From a virus (Duplodnaviria > Caudoviricetes): a stretch of 52,498 nt of DNA. The stretch lies in the IMG/VR virus record IMGVR_UViG_3300032156_000014, positions 1 through 52,498 of that record; one strand, written 5' to 3'. This document shows positions 27,625 through 38,081 of the stretch, in pieces. A program made the position numbers and the translations under genes. Under the pieces are notes generated by a model that made no database searches, was not told where the DNA came from, and saw only the letters and a list, made by a program, of their open reading frames with translations. Position 1 is the stretch's first letter, and the number at the start of each line of letters is the position of its first letter.

Positions 27625-29358
27625 TCAGTACGTTACTAATATAGGTCCCTTATCTGCAGTAAATGTGGTGCCAGGTGTTATATCAGCCTTTGTACCCCAT
27701 GTTCCCGCAGTCGTTCCTGTAATGAACTTACTGCCAGGAATAGGATAAGCCCTGAATTTAGCAGTAGTACCATTAAACTGAAGCACTGCATAATATTTCC
27801 CGGCAACAGCCGCATAAGTAGTTGTAAATGGAACGCTTTGAAAATTTGCAGCAGTACCAACTATTGCAGCAGCTCCGCCAACAGCCCTTGATGTGGCAAC
27901 CTGAGTGCCGGCTGAATTGCATAGCTGAACAACAACCGAATCAGTTGCTCCAACAGAACCGATGAGATAAGTAATACCTGTCAGTGTTACATTATAAGGT
28001 ATATCAAGTTCCACCCACCAGCGCGCACCATTTGAACAAGCCACATCAGTACCAGAAGTAGCCAGGACAGTCGAGCCTCCTTTAGACCAGATGACTGGCG
28101 ACGGATTCGGAATGGTATAACCGCCAGTAAATGTTACATTCTTATCAAACGCATACCCGGCTGACTGAGTAGAAGTAATTCCCCATGTTGCCAGCGTTGG
28201 AGTAGCATTAGGTGTTAAAGTAACTGTCAATGCTTCCTGAGTGTCACCACCAGCGTCGCTATCTGCATCACCCTGAACTATAAGAGTAGGTTGCACGTCA
28301 TCTGCTGTCGCTGGTCCTACCCTAAGCGTTTTATCAAAACGATAACCATTTGATTGTGTTGATGTAATATCCCATACGGCGCTTGTAGGTGTAGCATTTG
28401 GAGTTAAAACAATAGCCAGGGCATCGTTTGTGTCACCTCCTGCATCACTATCCGCGTCGCCGCGTATTGAAAATACAGGTAATGTCTCATTTGTTGTGGC
28501 CAGGCCAATGGTTAATGACTTATCAAATCTGTATCCTGCGCTTTGTGTACTCGTTATGTCCCAAACCGCACTCGTCGGTGTTGCATTAGCCGTAAGATCA
28601 ATTGTAAGGGCCTCATCGGTATCACCCCCCGCATCGCTGTCAGCATCTGCAATAATAGCCAGTGCCGGAGTTGTTTCATTTGCCGAAGTCGCTCCAATAT
28701 TGACATTTGATGCTGTTATTGCAACTGTCCCGCTTGAAGTGATTGTAGTTGAACTGCCAACATCACCCAGGGTCAGGGCCCCGGTTCCTCCGGCACCGAT
28801 AGTCAGGGCAGCATCTGTATTATTATCTTTAGATGTTAAAGTGACAGTGCCTGAAGTTGCCCTGGAGAATGTTACCGTTCCTGAATTTGCTGCGATATCA
28901 TAACAATAAGAAGTCCTTACATCAAACGAGGCTATCTTAGTTTTCTGAGTGGCCCCGCTTGCAACATATTCCAGTTTAAGCCAGTTATAATTGGCCGGCG
29001 TGGTTGATGATATTGTAACGGGATTATTAGCCGAGCTGGTCCATACCACTGAATCGCTTATCTGAACCCATGAACTTGCCGAAGTCACCCGTCCATAGGC
29101 CTTTATCTTAACGCTCGGAGTCCCCGATACAGCTGTCAGCGTTGTAGTAAACGTCTGATGCTGGTAGTATTTCTGGATATTCGTAATGGTAATTGTCGAC
29201 GTGTCACTGGTTACGGTCGTGTCATTAGCTGTAAAAGCCATTGGCGCCGTCAGCATATTACCACCTGTACGAATTATCCCTGTCCGTGCTGTCTGTGCAA
29301 TGCTGACCGCTGTTAAAGCGATCAGCATTAATACAATAGTGAATAACTTTTTCATCAT
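27625..29358 (-). CDS. Secreted-type structural/decoration protein with three 63-aa repeats
   Basis: Signal peptide MMKKLF...SIA|Q; three DADSDAGGDT..ALT..LT.NATPT..W.ITSTQS.GY.FDK repeats; directly after the capsid gene. Confidence 0.7.
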   Translation of the reverse strand: MMKKLFTIVLMLIALTAVSIAQTARTGIIRTGGNMLTAPMAFTANDTTVTSDTSTITITNIQKYYQHQTFTTTLTAVSGTPSVKIKAYGRVTSASSWVQISDSVVWTSSANNPVTISSTTPANYNWLKLEYVASGATQKTKIASFDVRTSYCYDIAANSGTVTFSRATSGTVTLTSKDNNTDAALTIGAGGTGALTLGDVGSSTTITSSGTVAITASNVNIGATSANETTPALAIIADADSDAGGDTDEALTIDLTANATPTSAVWDITSTQSAGYRFDKSLTIGLATTNETLPVFSIRGDADSDAGGDTNDALAIVLTPNATPTSAVWDITSTQSNGYRFDKTLRVGPATADDVQPTLIVQGDADSDAGGDTQEALTVTLTPNATPTLATWGITSTQSAGYAFDKNVTFTGGYTIPNPSPVIWSKGGSTVLATSGTDVACSNGARWWVELDIPYNVTLTGITYLIGSVGATDSVVVQLCNSAGTQVATSRAVGGAAAIVGTAANFQSVPFTTTYAAVAGKYYAVLQFNGTTAKFRAYPIPGSKFITGTTAGTWGTKADITPGTTFTADKGPILVTY

Positions 29359-29420
29359 GTATAAGATTTTAATTGATATTATATCGATCTTTTCTCAGTT
29401 GCTGTCAATCAAAATCCTGA

Positions 29421-30761
29421 TTATGTAGTTATTGCAGCCACGGCAGCATCAAGGTCAGAGCAGTATATAACTGCAGCTTTGTCTCTCACACCAAAAGCAA
29501 GACGGACCTTGATAACAACAGTTTTTTGTCCTTCAGTAAAGTCAGTGCCGTTGTATCCTACCTCAAGGGTCATATCCTTGCGTTTCCCGATCATCAGCTG
29601 CTTGCTGTCAAGCACGACTGCTATGTTTGCTGCCATGACAGTTGAGGTCGTTTTGATGATCCTCATGCCACAAACATAAGTCGGCTCTCCCAGAACGTCA
29701 AAAACAACCCTGCGGTCAATCTTACTGTTATCCAGTTGATCTTTTTCAGAAGCCAGTTCATTAATCTCCTGTGCAGCAAGAAGAACCACATCGGGGCGAT
29801 AGTTACTTGCCTCTGCCTGTAGCTTCATTGTGGCAATACAATCTACCTTGTTTGCGTTTGCTATTGTTGATGCATAGGTCGTAGCACTTGCAAAGTTGGT
29901 CTTTTTGTTACTGGTGAGCAATCCTGCGAGTGCAGAAGAGTCATCACCTGCCGTTCCGAGCATCTGATAATCAACATTGTCGAGAATCTTGCTCGGGCCC
30001 GTGACTGCGATTTCTTCCATTGCTTCTTCCAGGTCGTCAAGAGTCTCGTCCGATAACGTGAAATATGTTGCAATGAAGAAAGCCTTGAATTCAACAGTCT
30101 TAAGCAGGAAGCTTGACTTACTAGAAGCCGAACCTTCAGTCTTAGTGCCTGCCCCCTCCTCATAGGTGTAAACAACCAATAGGCTCATATAGGGTCTGCC
30201 GATGGTTTTTGAAGGCATCCAGTCAGTAACATGCGGGTATATGGTCAGCGGGATCCCTACCCTCTGGGGATCGAGTTCGGTGAGCCGTATTGTTGCGACG
30301 TTGCTCTGGACAATGTTGCTTTCAAGCATATCGACAGCTACCTTAACAGTCATTTCCGGGCTGACTTTATTGCCTTTCTTTGAGAAGTATTCTTTCAGCG
30401 ACTTACGCTGTCCGAAATCATCATTCTTATCAGTGAGCAGTCCCGGGGCATCTTTCGAAGCTTCCATGACAGCATTGATAAGGGCCTGCTTGAACATTTC
30501 CTTGAAATTCTTGGGTTTTTCAACCTCTTTATTCCCCTGTTCTTTCAGGGCATTGATAGCTGCAGCATTGGCAGCAGCTTCGGTAACGAGCTTGTCAACA
30601 CTCTCCTTGAGAGCCTTGATATCTTCGTTAGTGAGTTTGTCTGCGATGGCTTTGTTTATTCCATCGACGCGAGTTTCAAGGTCCGTTTTCTTCACATTAT
30701 CTTTCTGTGAATCAGCGATAAGTCCCTTTATCTCTTGTAGCAAAAGTTCTTTTTCGTTCAT
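29421..30761 (-). CDS. Major capsid protein (HK97 fold with N-terminal delta domain)
   Basis: Coiled-coil N-terminus; EG..K, S.E.L.D, G.G....GL, F......IK.R....V....A motifs. Confidence 0.92.
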   Translation of the reverse strand: MNEKELLLQEIKGLIADSQKDNVKKTDLETRVDGINKAIADKLTNEDIKALKESVDKLVTEAAANAAAINALKEQGNKEVEKPKNFKEMFKQALINAVMEASKDAPGLLTDKNDDFGQRKSLKEYFSKKGNKVSPEMTVKVAVDMLESNIVQSNVATIRLTELDPQRVGIPLTIYPHVTDWMPSKTIGRPYMSLLVVYTYEEGAGTKTEGSASSKSSFLLKTVEFKAFFIATYFTLSDETLDDLEEAMEEIAVTGPSKILDNVDYQMLGTAGDDSSALAGLLTSNKKTNFASATTYASTIANANKVDCIATMKLQAEASNYRPDVVLLAAQEINELASEKDQLDNSKIDRRVVFDVLGEPTYVCGMRIIKTTSTVMAANIAVVLDSKQLMIGKRKDMTLEVGYNGTDFTEGQKTVVIKVRLAFGVRDKAAVIYCSDLDAAVAAITT

Positions 30762-30767
30762 TTTGAA

Positions 30768-31733
30768 TTAATTTTTTAAGTTTGACAATAAAAATTTGTA
30801 ATCGATCTGAGTGGGCTTATCCGGTTCAGATATAATATGAGTGCCCTGCACGGGCGGGTCATCTTGTTTTTTTCGTGATACTGGCTTGTGACATTTCGGA
30901 CAGTCGACATATCCCATACCAGCTTCAGATACAGAGTTATAGTCGAATTCATGTCCGCAAGACGGGCAAACAACCATATCTTTGCTTATCCCGTTATCAA
31001 GTGTCGGAGTGGCAGTATTGCTTCCAAGCGGTACTGCAGATCCTTCAACCAGCTTCGCTTCGAGAACATACCAGAAATAACCTCTCTCGTCAGCAACTTC
31101 CGGGTTTGCTATCTGAGGATAATATTTCTTCCAGGCTTCATATTCATTCGGGTACTCTTCATCATTGATGGCAAAATCCATCTTGACATAGTACATCCCA
31201 ACGGAATGATTTCTTACCCAGCTGTTTGCATACTGGTTGAACATATACTCATTACGCTTCTTAAGAATTTCCGATTCAAAAAGAAGTGCTTCAGTGGTTC
31301 CCTGGTAAGAATAACCAAGCTCGGACCATTTGAAGTTCTTAACATAGGCTTTCAGCTGGTCGCCGTCGGCAATGATTTTTTCAAATTCCATGTCGTGCTC
31401 CTGCAGGTGCATGATCATCTTATTGTTCTGAAGGCTTCTGTTCCAGAGGCCTGGCAAATGCAGGTCATTATGATTGTCAAGGAAATTTGTCGTGTTGATC
31501 ACACAGACAACTTTAAGCGAATCCATGTTCGGCAGGTCGGCAATAGTACTTCCTTCTGCCTTCATTGCTTTTGCTTTCTCCGGGTCCAGAACAAGGGTCG
31601 GCTTAATAATAACCGGACAGTCAGCATCCTTCTTAACAGCTTTTTTCTGAGCTATTAACTTATCCCTGTTCTCAACCAGAAATTTGAACAGATCTTTTTT
31701 GGTCGCAAATTCCATGTTACCATAATGTTCCAT
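30768..31733 (-). CDS. Prohead protease with C-terminal zinc ribbon
   Basis: HLQEH, HSVG, EGSAVPLGSN.ATP; CPSC...CPKC. Confidence 0.85.
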   Translation of the reverse strand: MEHYGNMEFATKKDLFKFLVENRDKLIAQKKAVKKDADCPVIIKPTLVLDPEKAKAMKAEGSTIADLPNMDSLKVVCVINTTNFLDNHNDLHLPGLWNRSLQNNKMIMHLQEHDMEFEKIIADGDQLKAYVKNFKWSELGYSYQGTTEALLFESEILKKRNEYMFNQYANSWVRNHSVGMYYVKMDFAINDEEYPNEYEAWKKYYPQIANPEVADERGYFWYVLEAKLVEGSAVPLGSNTATPTLDNGISKDMVVCPSCGHEFDYNSVSEAGMGYVDCPKCHKPVSRKKQDDPPVQGTHIISEPDKPTQIDYKFLLSNLKN

Positions 31734-31999
31734 TGCCTTATTCCTTTATAAGTTCTTTCTCAATCAAAAACGCCATTAGCCTCATCATGAAATAATCTTT
31801 CATGCAGTTCACTGAGCAGTACCCGAAAATCCTTGCCTTGTGCCAATTACAGAAATGACATCTCGGCATTGTTTCGTAATTAATATGTCCGTTCGATAGT
31901 GACATCCTTACTTCTTAATAAGCTCTTTATCATCAAGTTTCTTCTGCTTTAGTTCCCGGAGCTTCTTAATCTCTTCCGGGGTTAGTTTTTTCTTTGTGC

Positions 32000-33367
32000 T
32001 CATTCTGTTACTGTTTGGGTTTGTTCAACTGGTTTGTTTGCAGCATCGCGCTGATATTTATAAACATCGCCTCCGTCAACCGGATCCATATCAAGCAGTC
32101 CGAGATACTGGTTCCATGTTATGATATTGTTATTATAAGATTTTTCTGCTGTACTTGCATTAAGGGACAGGGCTGCAGCTTTCTCCTTAAATGCATCCTG
32201 AAGGGCCTCGATGTGCGAGAAGTCGGTTCTCAGTTCAAAGCCATAGTCGCGCATTTTAAGGCGCTCGGTATAATACAGGTCCTCATTCTCGACCATAGGA
32301 ATGATCGTGTCCTGGTAGAGCCGCCTTACAGCCTGTACCTGATTCTCAAAGGTTGCACCAGCGATATAGGTTTTATAAATCTCCGGGGGAATACGGAAGC
32401 CATTCGATATGATCATGGCATTGTTTGAGAAGTCACTGTAAATGCCAAGTTCGCTGGGAGACATCACGGTTCGGATGAAGTCAATGTCCGAATGGCTGAT
32501 AAGAAACTGTTTCTGCTTTGCCCTCAGTCCATATTCCGACTTGAATACCGAATCGATCTCGTCTTTCTGATCTTTCTGCAGTGGTATCTGGGTACCGGTG
32601 GCATCTTTATTGTTGGCCTTTATTATTCCCTGCATACCCCTGTGCTCCAGAAGCACATTCATTGCCTCAAATGCAAGCTGGGTATTGGTAATTGGCATTC
32701 TGAGATTTTCAAGACGAGACGTCCCGATTATTGAGTTCCCGGCATCAGATAGGTTAAGATCATTGAAATGAATAATATTGTCAGGATCAAAGTCTTTTAC
32801 CGGGTTATAATTGGTAAGGCAGTATTTCTCAATGATCCCTTTTAATTCAACCTGGTCATAAAGCTTGCCGGTTTGCCTGACAGTAACATATTCCGAAGGC
32901 AGATTAAATAATGTCCGGACAGTTGTTATGTCGGTCTGAAATGTCTTAAGGGGATTGTTGGTATAAACATAATTATTGCCAAAGGTGTAAAACATGAAAT
33001 ACCTCTCAAGATTATACTCCTTTGCACTCTGCAGGGGGTTGGGCCTTTCAACAAATAGCTTTCGTGCATTCTGAACAGCCGGTCGTTTAGAGTTCCAGGG
33101 AATCTCTTTCTCATTAAGATCCACCAGGTATTTCTTACCCCTCGCTGCACAGCTGGCGAGTATGTCTATACAACCGAACAGAACGGGATTCTCTGCCACG
33201 GCCTGCCTGTACTGATGCGAATTTGACAGCGCGAGCCATGCGGGTTTATCTACAAGGAACTGATAATTAGAGGCGTTGATAGTAGAGCGCGATACTCCTG
33301 AGAACTTCGCAAATAACTGAGATAGTGAGTAGAATGTTCTTTCAAGAACGTTACCGTCAGCCATCAA
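32000..33367 (-). CDS. Portal protein
   Basis: PNPLQS, FGNNY, IIHF.D, G.SRL, F.IP..I, ATFEN, Y..TIIP. Confidence 0.92.
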   Translation of the reverse strand: MMADGNVLERTFYSLSQLFAKFSGVSRSTINASNYQFLVDKPAWLALSNSHQYRQAVAENPVLFGCIDILASCAARGKKYLVDLNEKEIPWNSKRPAVQNARKLFVERPNPLQSAKEYNLERYFMFYTFGNNYVYTNNPLKTFQTDITTVRTLFNLPSEYVTVRQTGKLYDQVELKGIIEKYCLTNYNPVKDFDPDNIIHFNDLNLSDAGNSIIGTSRLENLRMPITNTQLAFEAMNVLLEHRGMQGIIKANNKDATGTQIPLQKDQKDEIDSVFKSEYGLRAKQKQFLISHSDIDFIRTVMSPSELGIYSDFSNNAMIISNGFRIPPEIYKTYIAGATFENQVQAVRRLYQDTIIPMVENEDLYYTERLKMRDYGFELRTDFSHIEALQDAFKEKAAALSLNASTAEKSYNNNIITWNQYLGLLDMDPVDGGDVYKYQRDAANKPVEQTQTVTE

Positions 33368-33450
33368 AAAAGCTTTCCGGTAAATTTACAAGAGTAAATC
33401 CTATTGTGCTATTCTGACACGTTAATACTGTCTGTTAAGCGGACATAATA

Positions 33451-33747
33451 TTAAACCGGGGGTATTTGAACTTTAAGGTATTCGCCTTTCTTTAGATCGA
33501 CTTCAACGACTCCTTCGTTTCCTGATCCTGCTTTGTACTGACATTTATATTCGCCTGGCTTTAATGTGATTGTTAGTATATTACCGTAATTAAAGAGATA
33601 TGTATTTATTAACTCTTCGCCCCTGTAGAGCCAGACTGTCGTGCTGTTTTCCTGAGAGCAAATTGAAATCTTTCCTATGTCGGGAATAAGGGCATTGAGG
33701 ATTAACCAGATTACTATTAAACCAATTCCGATCCAGAATAGAGTCAC
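33451..33747 (-). CDS. Small membrane-anchored protein
   Basis: N-terminal TM helix and beta domain. Confidence 0.5.
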   Translation of the reverse strand: MTLFWIGIGLIVIWLILNALIPDIGKISICSQENSTTVWLYRGEELINTYLFNYGNILTITLKPGEYKCQYKAGSGNEGVVEVDLKKGEYLKVQIPPV

Positions 33748-33978
33748 TTAGAATGATTTTACCTGAGCCAAGTTATGCAATATTTGCCAGTGTTGAAATA
33801 GCAGGAATTTGCTATCATTATTTTTCTTTTATCTCAATGGCCCATACCCCGCCGGGCAGTTTCCTTGCTTTATGGCCTCCTGGGAGCATGTTCTTCATGC
33901 ACCTGCGAATAACTGTCTTTGCAGATACCTTTTTGCCTGCTATCTTAAATGACTTGCTATATTCGTCCGGGGTGAGGA

Positions 33979-34197
33979 TCATCTGCAAAAGAATAATTGA
34001 ATCCTAAGCCACATCCTGCGGAATAGGGTTACTTTAGGATAGCGCGAATCAATCCAGAAACATCTGGGATGCTCGTCTTTGAATTGTAGGGTACAACCAT
34101 TGATGTTTTTTATGAACCATTCTCTGAGCGCAAATGATTCCAGTTTGTTTTCGGCAAACACTCTCAAGGTTCCTGATTCGTCTATTTCTGCTTTCAT
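33979..34197 (-). CDS. Hypothetical protein
   Basis: Co-oriented ORF. Confidence 0.5.
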   Translation of the reverse strand: MKAEIDESGTLRVFAENKLESFALREWFIKNINGCTLQFKDEHPRCFWIDSRYPKVTLFRRMWLRIQLFFCR

Positions 34198-34369
34198 ATA
34201 GTTAGCTTTGATCTTACTTGCTCGGCTACTGACTTACTATGAAAATACTTCGTCTCGGCTCCACAACAGTTTTTGGCCTTTCTGCCAGATCCACAACTGC
34301 AAAGCGCATTTCTTTGCTTCTTTATAGCCATTATCGGAGAGCCATTTCCTTTATAAATAGTTACTTTGC

Positions 34370-34849
34370 TCATGCGGTTTTGAAATTTAAATTTGCAAAC
34401 TGACCAAAAATCTCTTTTGCTTTACTATCATAAGCGCGTGCGGCGGCCTCTTCTGTTTTGAAATAACCAAGTCGAATGTGTTTGCCATTAATTTGTATTC
34501 CGGCTTTTATATATTCATATCTCTTGCCTCCATTAATAAATGATGCATGGCGCACTCCTTTATACTTGCGATTATCTCTTATTCTGCAATTCATTTGATT
34601 TTCGCTATTAGTGCACAAACGAAGATTACATTTTTGATTATTGAGGCCATTATGATCAACAAATTTATTGGCTGGGGCGTTTAATATTAACCTATGCATT
34701 TTTATAATTTTATTTTTATTAGGTGCCCTTCTTCCTGCATAATAAAATCTTTCAACCCCTATTACAAACCACTTCCATTGATTTAAATAATCATAATCTT
34801 CATCATCAACTAATGCAATCTGTCCTTTTGTTAATTTTATCTCTTTCAT
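34370..34849 (-). CDS. HNH-AP2 homing endonuclease (HNH motif appears shortened)
   Basis: MKEIKLTKGQIALVDDED, MHRLIL, VDHNGLNNQKCNLR, LGYFKTEEAAARAYD. Confidence 0.9.
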   Translation of the reverse strand: MKEIKLTKGQIALVDDEDYDYLNQWKWFVIGVERFYYAGRRAPNKNKIIKMHRLILNAPANKFVDHNGLNNQKCNLRLCTNSENQMNCRIRDNRKYKGVRHASFINGGKRYEYIKAGIQINGKHIRLGYFKTEEAAARAYDSKAKEIFGQFANLNFKTA

Positions 34850-34868
34850 TATATAAAATATCTAAGTA

Positions 34869-36980
34869 TTAATCTGATTCATTCCGAAACATCCCATAAT
34901 ATCTCTCCAGATAAGATGCCAGTCCGGTCAATGCGTCCGCGGCGTCATCTTCCTTCGTGCTGGTTTTCATCAGCCTGCAGGTTTGATTCATGAAAGACTG
35001 CAAAGTCGGGTTAGGGTTCTCCGGAAATAGGAAATACATCTTCACAAATCCGGCATTGGCAAGTATGCGGGCCATTTCTCTTTTATTTGATTTGGCATAT
35101 TGGCCAAAGATCTCAACGCCCTGAAGCAGCGTTCTTGTCCTGCGCATGAAATTGATTCCCTCCCTGTTTGTCTCTAAAACAAGTTTCTTAATACCGTGTT
35201 CTTTAACTTTATCCTTAAGCTGTTCTATCTGAACTGTGAGGTTATTAAGCTCAAAGATCGCATCGGTTACATAAACCCTGTTCCCGGGATAGACCCTTGT
35301 TACCGGCATGGCAAAGTAATCCATGCTTTCATCAGCTGCCCGCGCAAAGGCAATGGTGAAATAATTGATTACCGTCTCTCCCTTTTCGTTCTTCTCATCC
35401 GGGGGTAGCTCTTTATATGTTTTCAGGCTCCCTTCCGGGAATACTCTTGTCTGGCTCTGTATATACGGATAAAATGTATTTGCAAGTGAATCAAAGCGGT
35501 CTGTTGAACGGCTCAGGCGGGTCTTTATATCTTCTTTTGGTTCAATGATTATTTTGCCATTGCTCTGAATGACATACCTAACCTCAATCAGCTCCTGGGT
35601 CAGCAATTGGTCCGGAGGCAGGCATGACTCTATTTTATTGATAGGATTAAGCCAGTCCCTGACGGCCCAGAACAGATAGGCTCTCATATTGGCAAACTCA
35701 AGTTGTCCTGTAAGATCATGCAAGTTCTGAGCAGACTCAGAAAACTTGACTGAATAGACCTTGCTCTCAAATCCAAGTTCAACCAGCCGGCTGTAAACCC
35801 CGGATCCTTCGCCTATCGTATCAATGAATACCTCTTCAAGTGTCCCTATATCCTTTGTAATGTTCCCGGCAACCTGCATGTGATCAGCCTTACCCGCTGA
35901 CTGATGTACGTCAAAGCCCTTTACCACATCGCCAACCCTGTCACATGATACGGTACTGTCGCGTCCCATCCCGGCCACATCCACACCCCTGCGATATTTA
36001 CCTTTCGGTGCTTCTCCCGATTCTCTCCATTTGTTCCATCTTTCATTTGCCAGTTCAACCCATCGAAGAGGTATCAATGAATCTTCTGATACTTCCGGGA
36101 ACATCCCACGGACCTTAACCCGGAACAGGTCATTTGGTCTGTACCATCCTCTTTCAAATTCAAAATCTCCTTTGTCAAGGTCAATATCGCTGTCATGAAT
36201 AACTGTGCACCAGGTCTCTACCTTGTCTTTCACCCAATCATAATCGACCTGCCCGGGAATGATATTCTGCTTACTGATCACATTAGGCGCTGTAAGGTCG
36301 TCAAGGCGAAAGGACTTCCATCTTGGAGAGTTCATTGACCTGGCAGCATAACCGACTGATGAATTCGGGTTAAAGACTATGAGTATCTTTGAATTGGCCT
36401 GCAGGTTGCCCTCTATGGCTGCAAATGTCTCTTCGCTGATCCCTGATGCCTCAGTGACAATAAACATGGTATTGACAGCATGAAAGCCGGACCATACCTC
36501 TGTCTTGTTATCTTCAGCCTTGAATCCTGTCAGGAACCATTCTGCATAATCGGTCCTGATGTCGCACGATACAAGCCTGCCCGGCAGTACCTTCGCAGAA
36601 TTAAAGAGCCTCACAATCTCAGGGTGCATAATATTTTTTACCTGACGTCCGGTCGGAGCTGTCATTGCAACCTTCGTATTTTCAACGAGTTCCCCCTTTG
36701 AATTGAATTTCGGAGTCAGGTATAAGAAACAAAGGGCCGCGACAGCTGCAACAAAGTCTTTTCCCCTAGCTGTACCGGATGCCACCGATACCATCTTGTG
36801 TGTCTGTACTGCCCGAAGTATTTCCTGCTGTTCCGGATCCAAGTTGACACTAAAGACATCTTTTGCGAACTTGCACCAGTCCTGCTGCCAGATCTTGAAA
36901 ACATTTATCTCCCTCTCTGTTATCTCAATCTTTTTTGGAATCACCTGGTCCATCAGATGTGGCTTTTTGAATGAGTTCAA
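34869..36980 (-). CDS. terL: Terminase large subunit with an extra C-terminal nuclease-like domain
   Basis: SGTARGKD Walker A, TAPT..Q, TEASG, FNP, GVDVAGMGRD, FIDTIG.G, S.D..D.L. Confidence 0.93.
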   Translation of the reverse strand: MNSFKKPHLMDQVIPKKIEITEREINVFKIWQQDWCKFAKDVFSVNLDPEQQEILRAVQTHKMVSVASGTARGKDFVAAVAALCFLYLTPKFNSKGELVENTKVAMTAPTGRQVKNIMHPEIVRLFNSAKVLPGRLVSCDIRTDYAEWFLTGFKAEDNKTEVWSGFHAVNTMFIVTEASGISEETFAAIEGNLQANSKILIVFNPNSSVGYAARSMNSPRWKSFRLDDLTAPNVISKQNIIPGQVDYDWVKDKVETWCTVIHDSDIDLDKGDFEFERGWYRPNDLFRVKVRGMFPEVSEDSLIPLRWVELANERWNKWRESGEAPKGKYRRGVDVAGMGRDSTVSCDRVGDVVKGFDVHQSAGKADHMQVAGNITKDIGTLEEVFIDTIGEGSGVYSRLVELGFESKVYSVKFSESAQNLHDLTGQLEFANMRAYLFWAVRDWLNPINKIESCLPPDQLLTQELIEVRYVIQSNGKIIIEPKEDIKTRLSRSTDRFDSLANTFYPYIQSQTRVFPEGSLKTYKELPPDEKNEKGETVINYFTIAFARAADESMDYFAMPVTRVYPGNRVYVTDAIFELNNLTVQIEQLKDKVKEHGIKKLVLETNREGINFMRRTRTLLQGVEIFGQYAKSNKREMARILANAGFVKMYFLFPENPNPTLQSFMNQTCRLMKTSTKEDDAADALTGLASYLERYYGMFRNESD

Positions 36981-37329
36981 GGAATAGATTTAGAGAGCCG
37001 GTATGTTCTACCTCAGTTTTGTCGGCCCATTTTGCACGGTTCTTTAACCAGAATATCCTATCAATTCCACCTTTCTCAATAGAGTCTTTAAAGATCGTAC
37101 CCTCAACCAGGGCGACGCCCTCTTCTGTTTTTTGTGTGCGGTAAGCCGAAAAATCTTTTTTATATTTCCGCTTAACTGCATTATAAAGAGTGTCAGGATG
37201 ATAATTCAAGAGCCTTGCCACTGCAGCGCCATTACAACCAGCTTTAAGGTAAAAATCAACTTTCTGCCAATCAATTACGATTTTCTTCCTTCCGGATCTT
37301 CGTTTATGTTTCTTCTTGATGTAAGCCAT
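36925..37329 (-). CDS. terS: Terminase small subunit
   Basis: HTH, IFWLKNR..W.DK.EVEH; directly upstream of terL. Confidence 0.85.
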   Translation of the reverse strand: MAYIKKKHKRRSGRKKIVIDWQKVDFYLKAGCNGAAVARLLNYHPDTLYNAVKRKYKKDFSAYRTQKTEEGVALVEGTIFKDSIEKGGIDRIFWLKNRAKWADKTEVEHTGSLNLFLELIQKATSDGPGDSKKD

Positions 37330-38081
37330 TATGTATTCAGTTTCTCAAAAAACTCTTCGCCTTTGATCATAATACTATCAGGCCGGAATCCAAATGTATC
37401 AAGGAATTGGGCCTTATTCTCGTATTTATCAAAACTTAGGGTGACATAGGCCGCGCTCTGCTGGTACATCAGGCCCTTCTTCATATCTTTCTTGACCTGC
37501 TGCATTTGCTTCTTCCGATCTTCATAGCTCCTGCCAAGATCTGCAAAGTCGTTTTTAATATCGCTGGCTTCTCCGGTCAATACAGGTATTTCAATATTCA
37601 TCAGCTTCAGGTCATTATCTTCAAGGCCTGCAAGCTTATAATCTATTTCCGGAATAAGGTTCGCGAGCAGGTCCAGGTCCTGGGGCGTGTTTGTTGCCTG
37701 GGCGTCCATGAATATGTTCTGCTCAATCTCCTGCTTTCGTGTCAGGTTTATCTTTTCAACCTTCACATCATAATCGACGGGGTGATCTTTGGTATTATTG
37801 AAGATCATATCGAGTGCATACAAGCGTTTGTGCCCTGAGATCAGGTTGCCAGTGCCCTCGTTCCAGATCAGGCCTCCCAAGAAAGCCACGTTCTTAAAGT
37901 TTCTGAGCTGCTTCTGAATAGCCTCTTGTGTGTGCCTCTTCGGGTTGCCCGGCATGAAATTTATCTGCGACCGTTTTATGATCACGGTTTCGCTCTGCTT
38001 AAATTTCTCTTTCTTCTCAGGCTGTTTTTTGGCTTTCGGTGTACTCATAAAGCAAATGATTGACGGCCGGGTACTGAGCAA
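37329..38081 (-). CDS. ParB/Srx-like nuclease-domain protein
   Basis: NPKR, G.L..LIWN..TGNLISGHKRL. Confidence 0.85.
   Translation of the reverse strand: MLSTRPSIICFMSTPKAKKQPEKKEKFKQSETVIIKRSQINFMPGNPKRHTQEAIQKQLRNFKNVAFLGGLIWNEGTGNLISGHKRLYALDMIFNNTKDHPVDYDVKVEKINLTRKQEIEQNIFMDAQATNTPQDLDLLANLIPEIDYKLAGLEDNDLKLMNIEIPVLTGEASDIKNDFADLGRSYEDRKKQMQQVKKDMKKGLMYQQSAAYVTLSFDKYENKAQFLDTFGFRPDSIMIKGEEFFEKLNT

Noticed and set aside
30888-31658. 256-aa plus-strand ORF antisense to the prohead protease (also 30202-30771, 6626-7159, 28430-28903)
   Set aside because: No recognisable motifs or expression signals; shadow frames of conserved genes, unlike the two antisense endonucleases that have clear catalytic motifs.
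37329-38081. Plasmid-prophage partition system
   Set aside because: The ParB-like domain has no ParA partner or parS array and is linked to the PAPS-reductase-like gene and terS.
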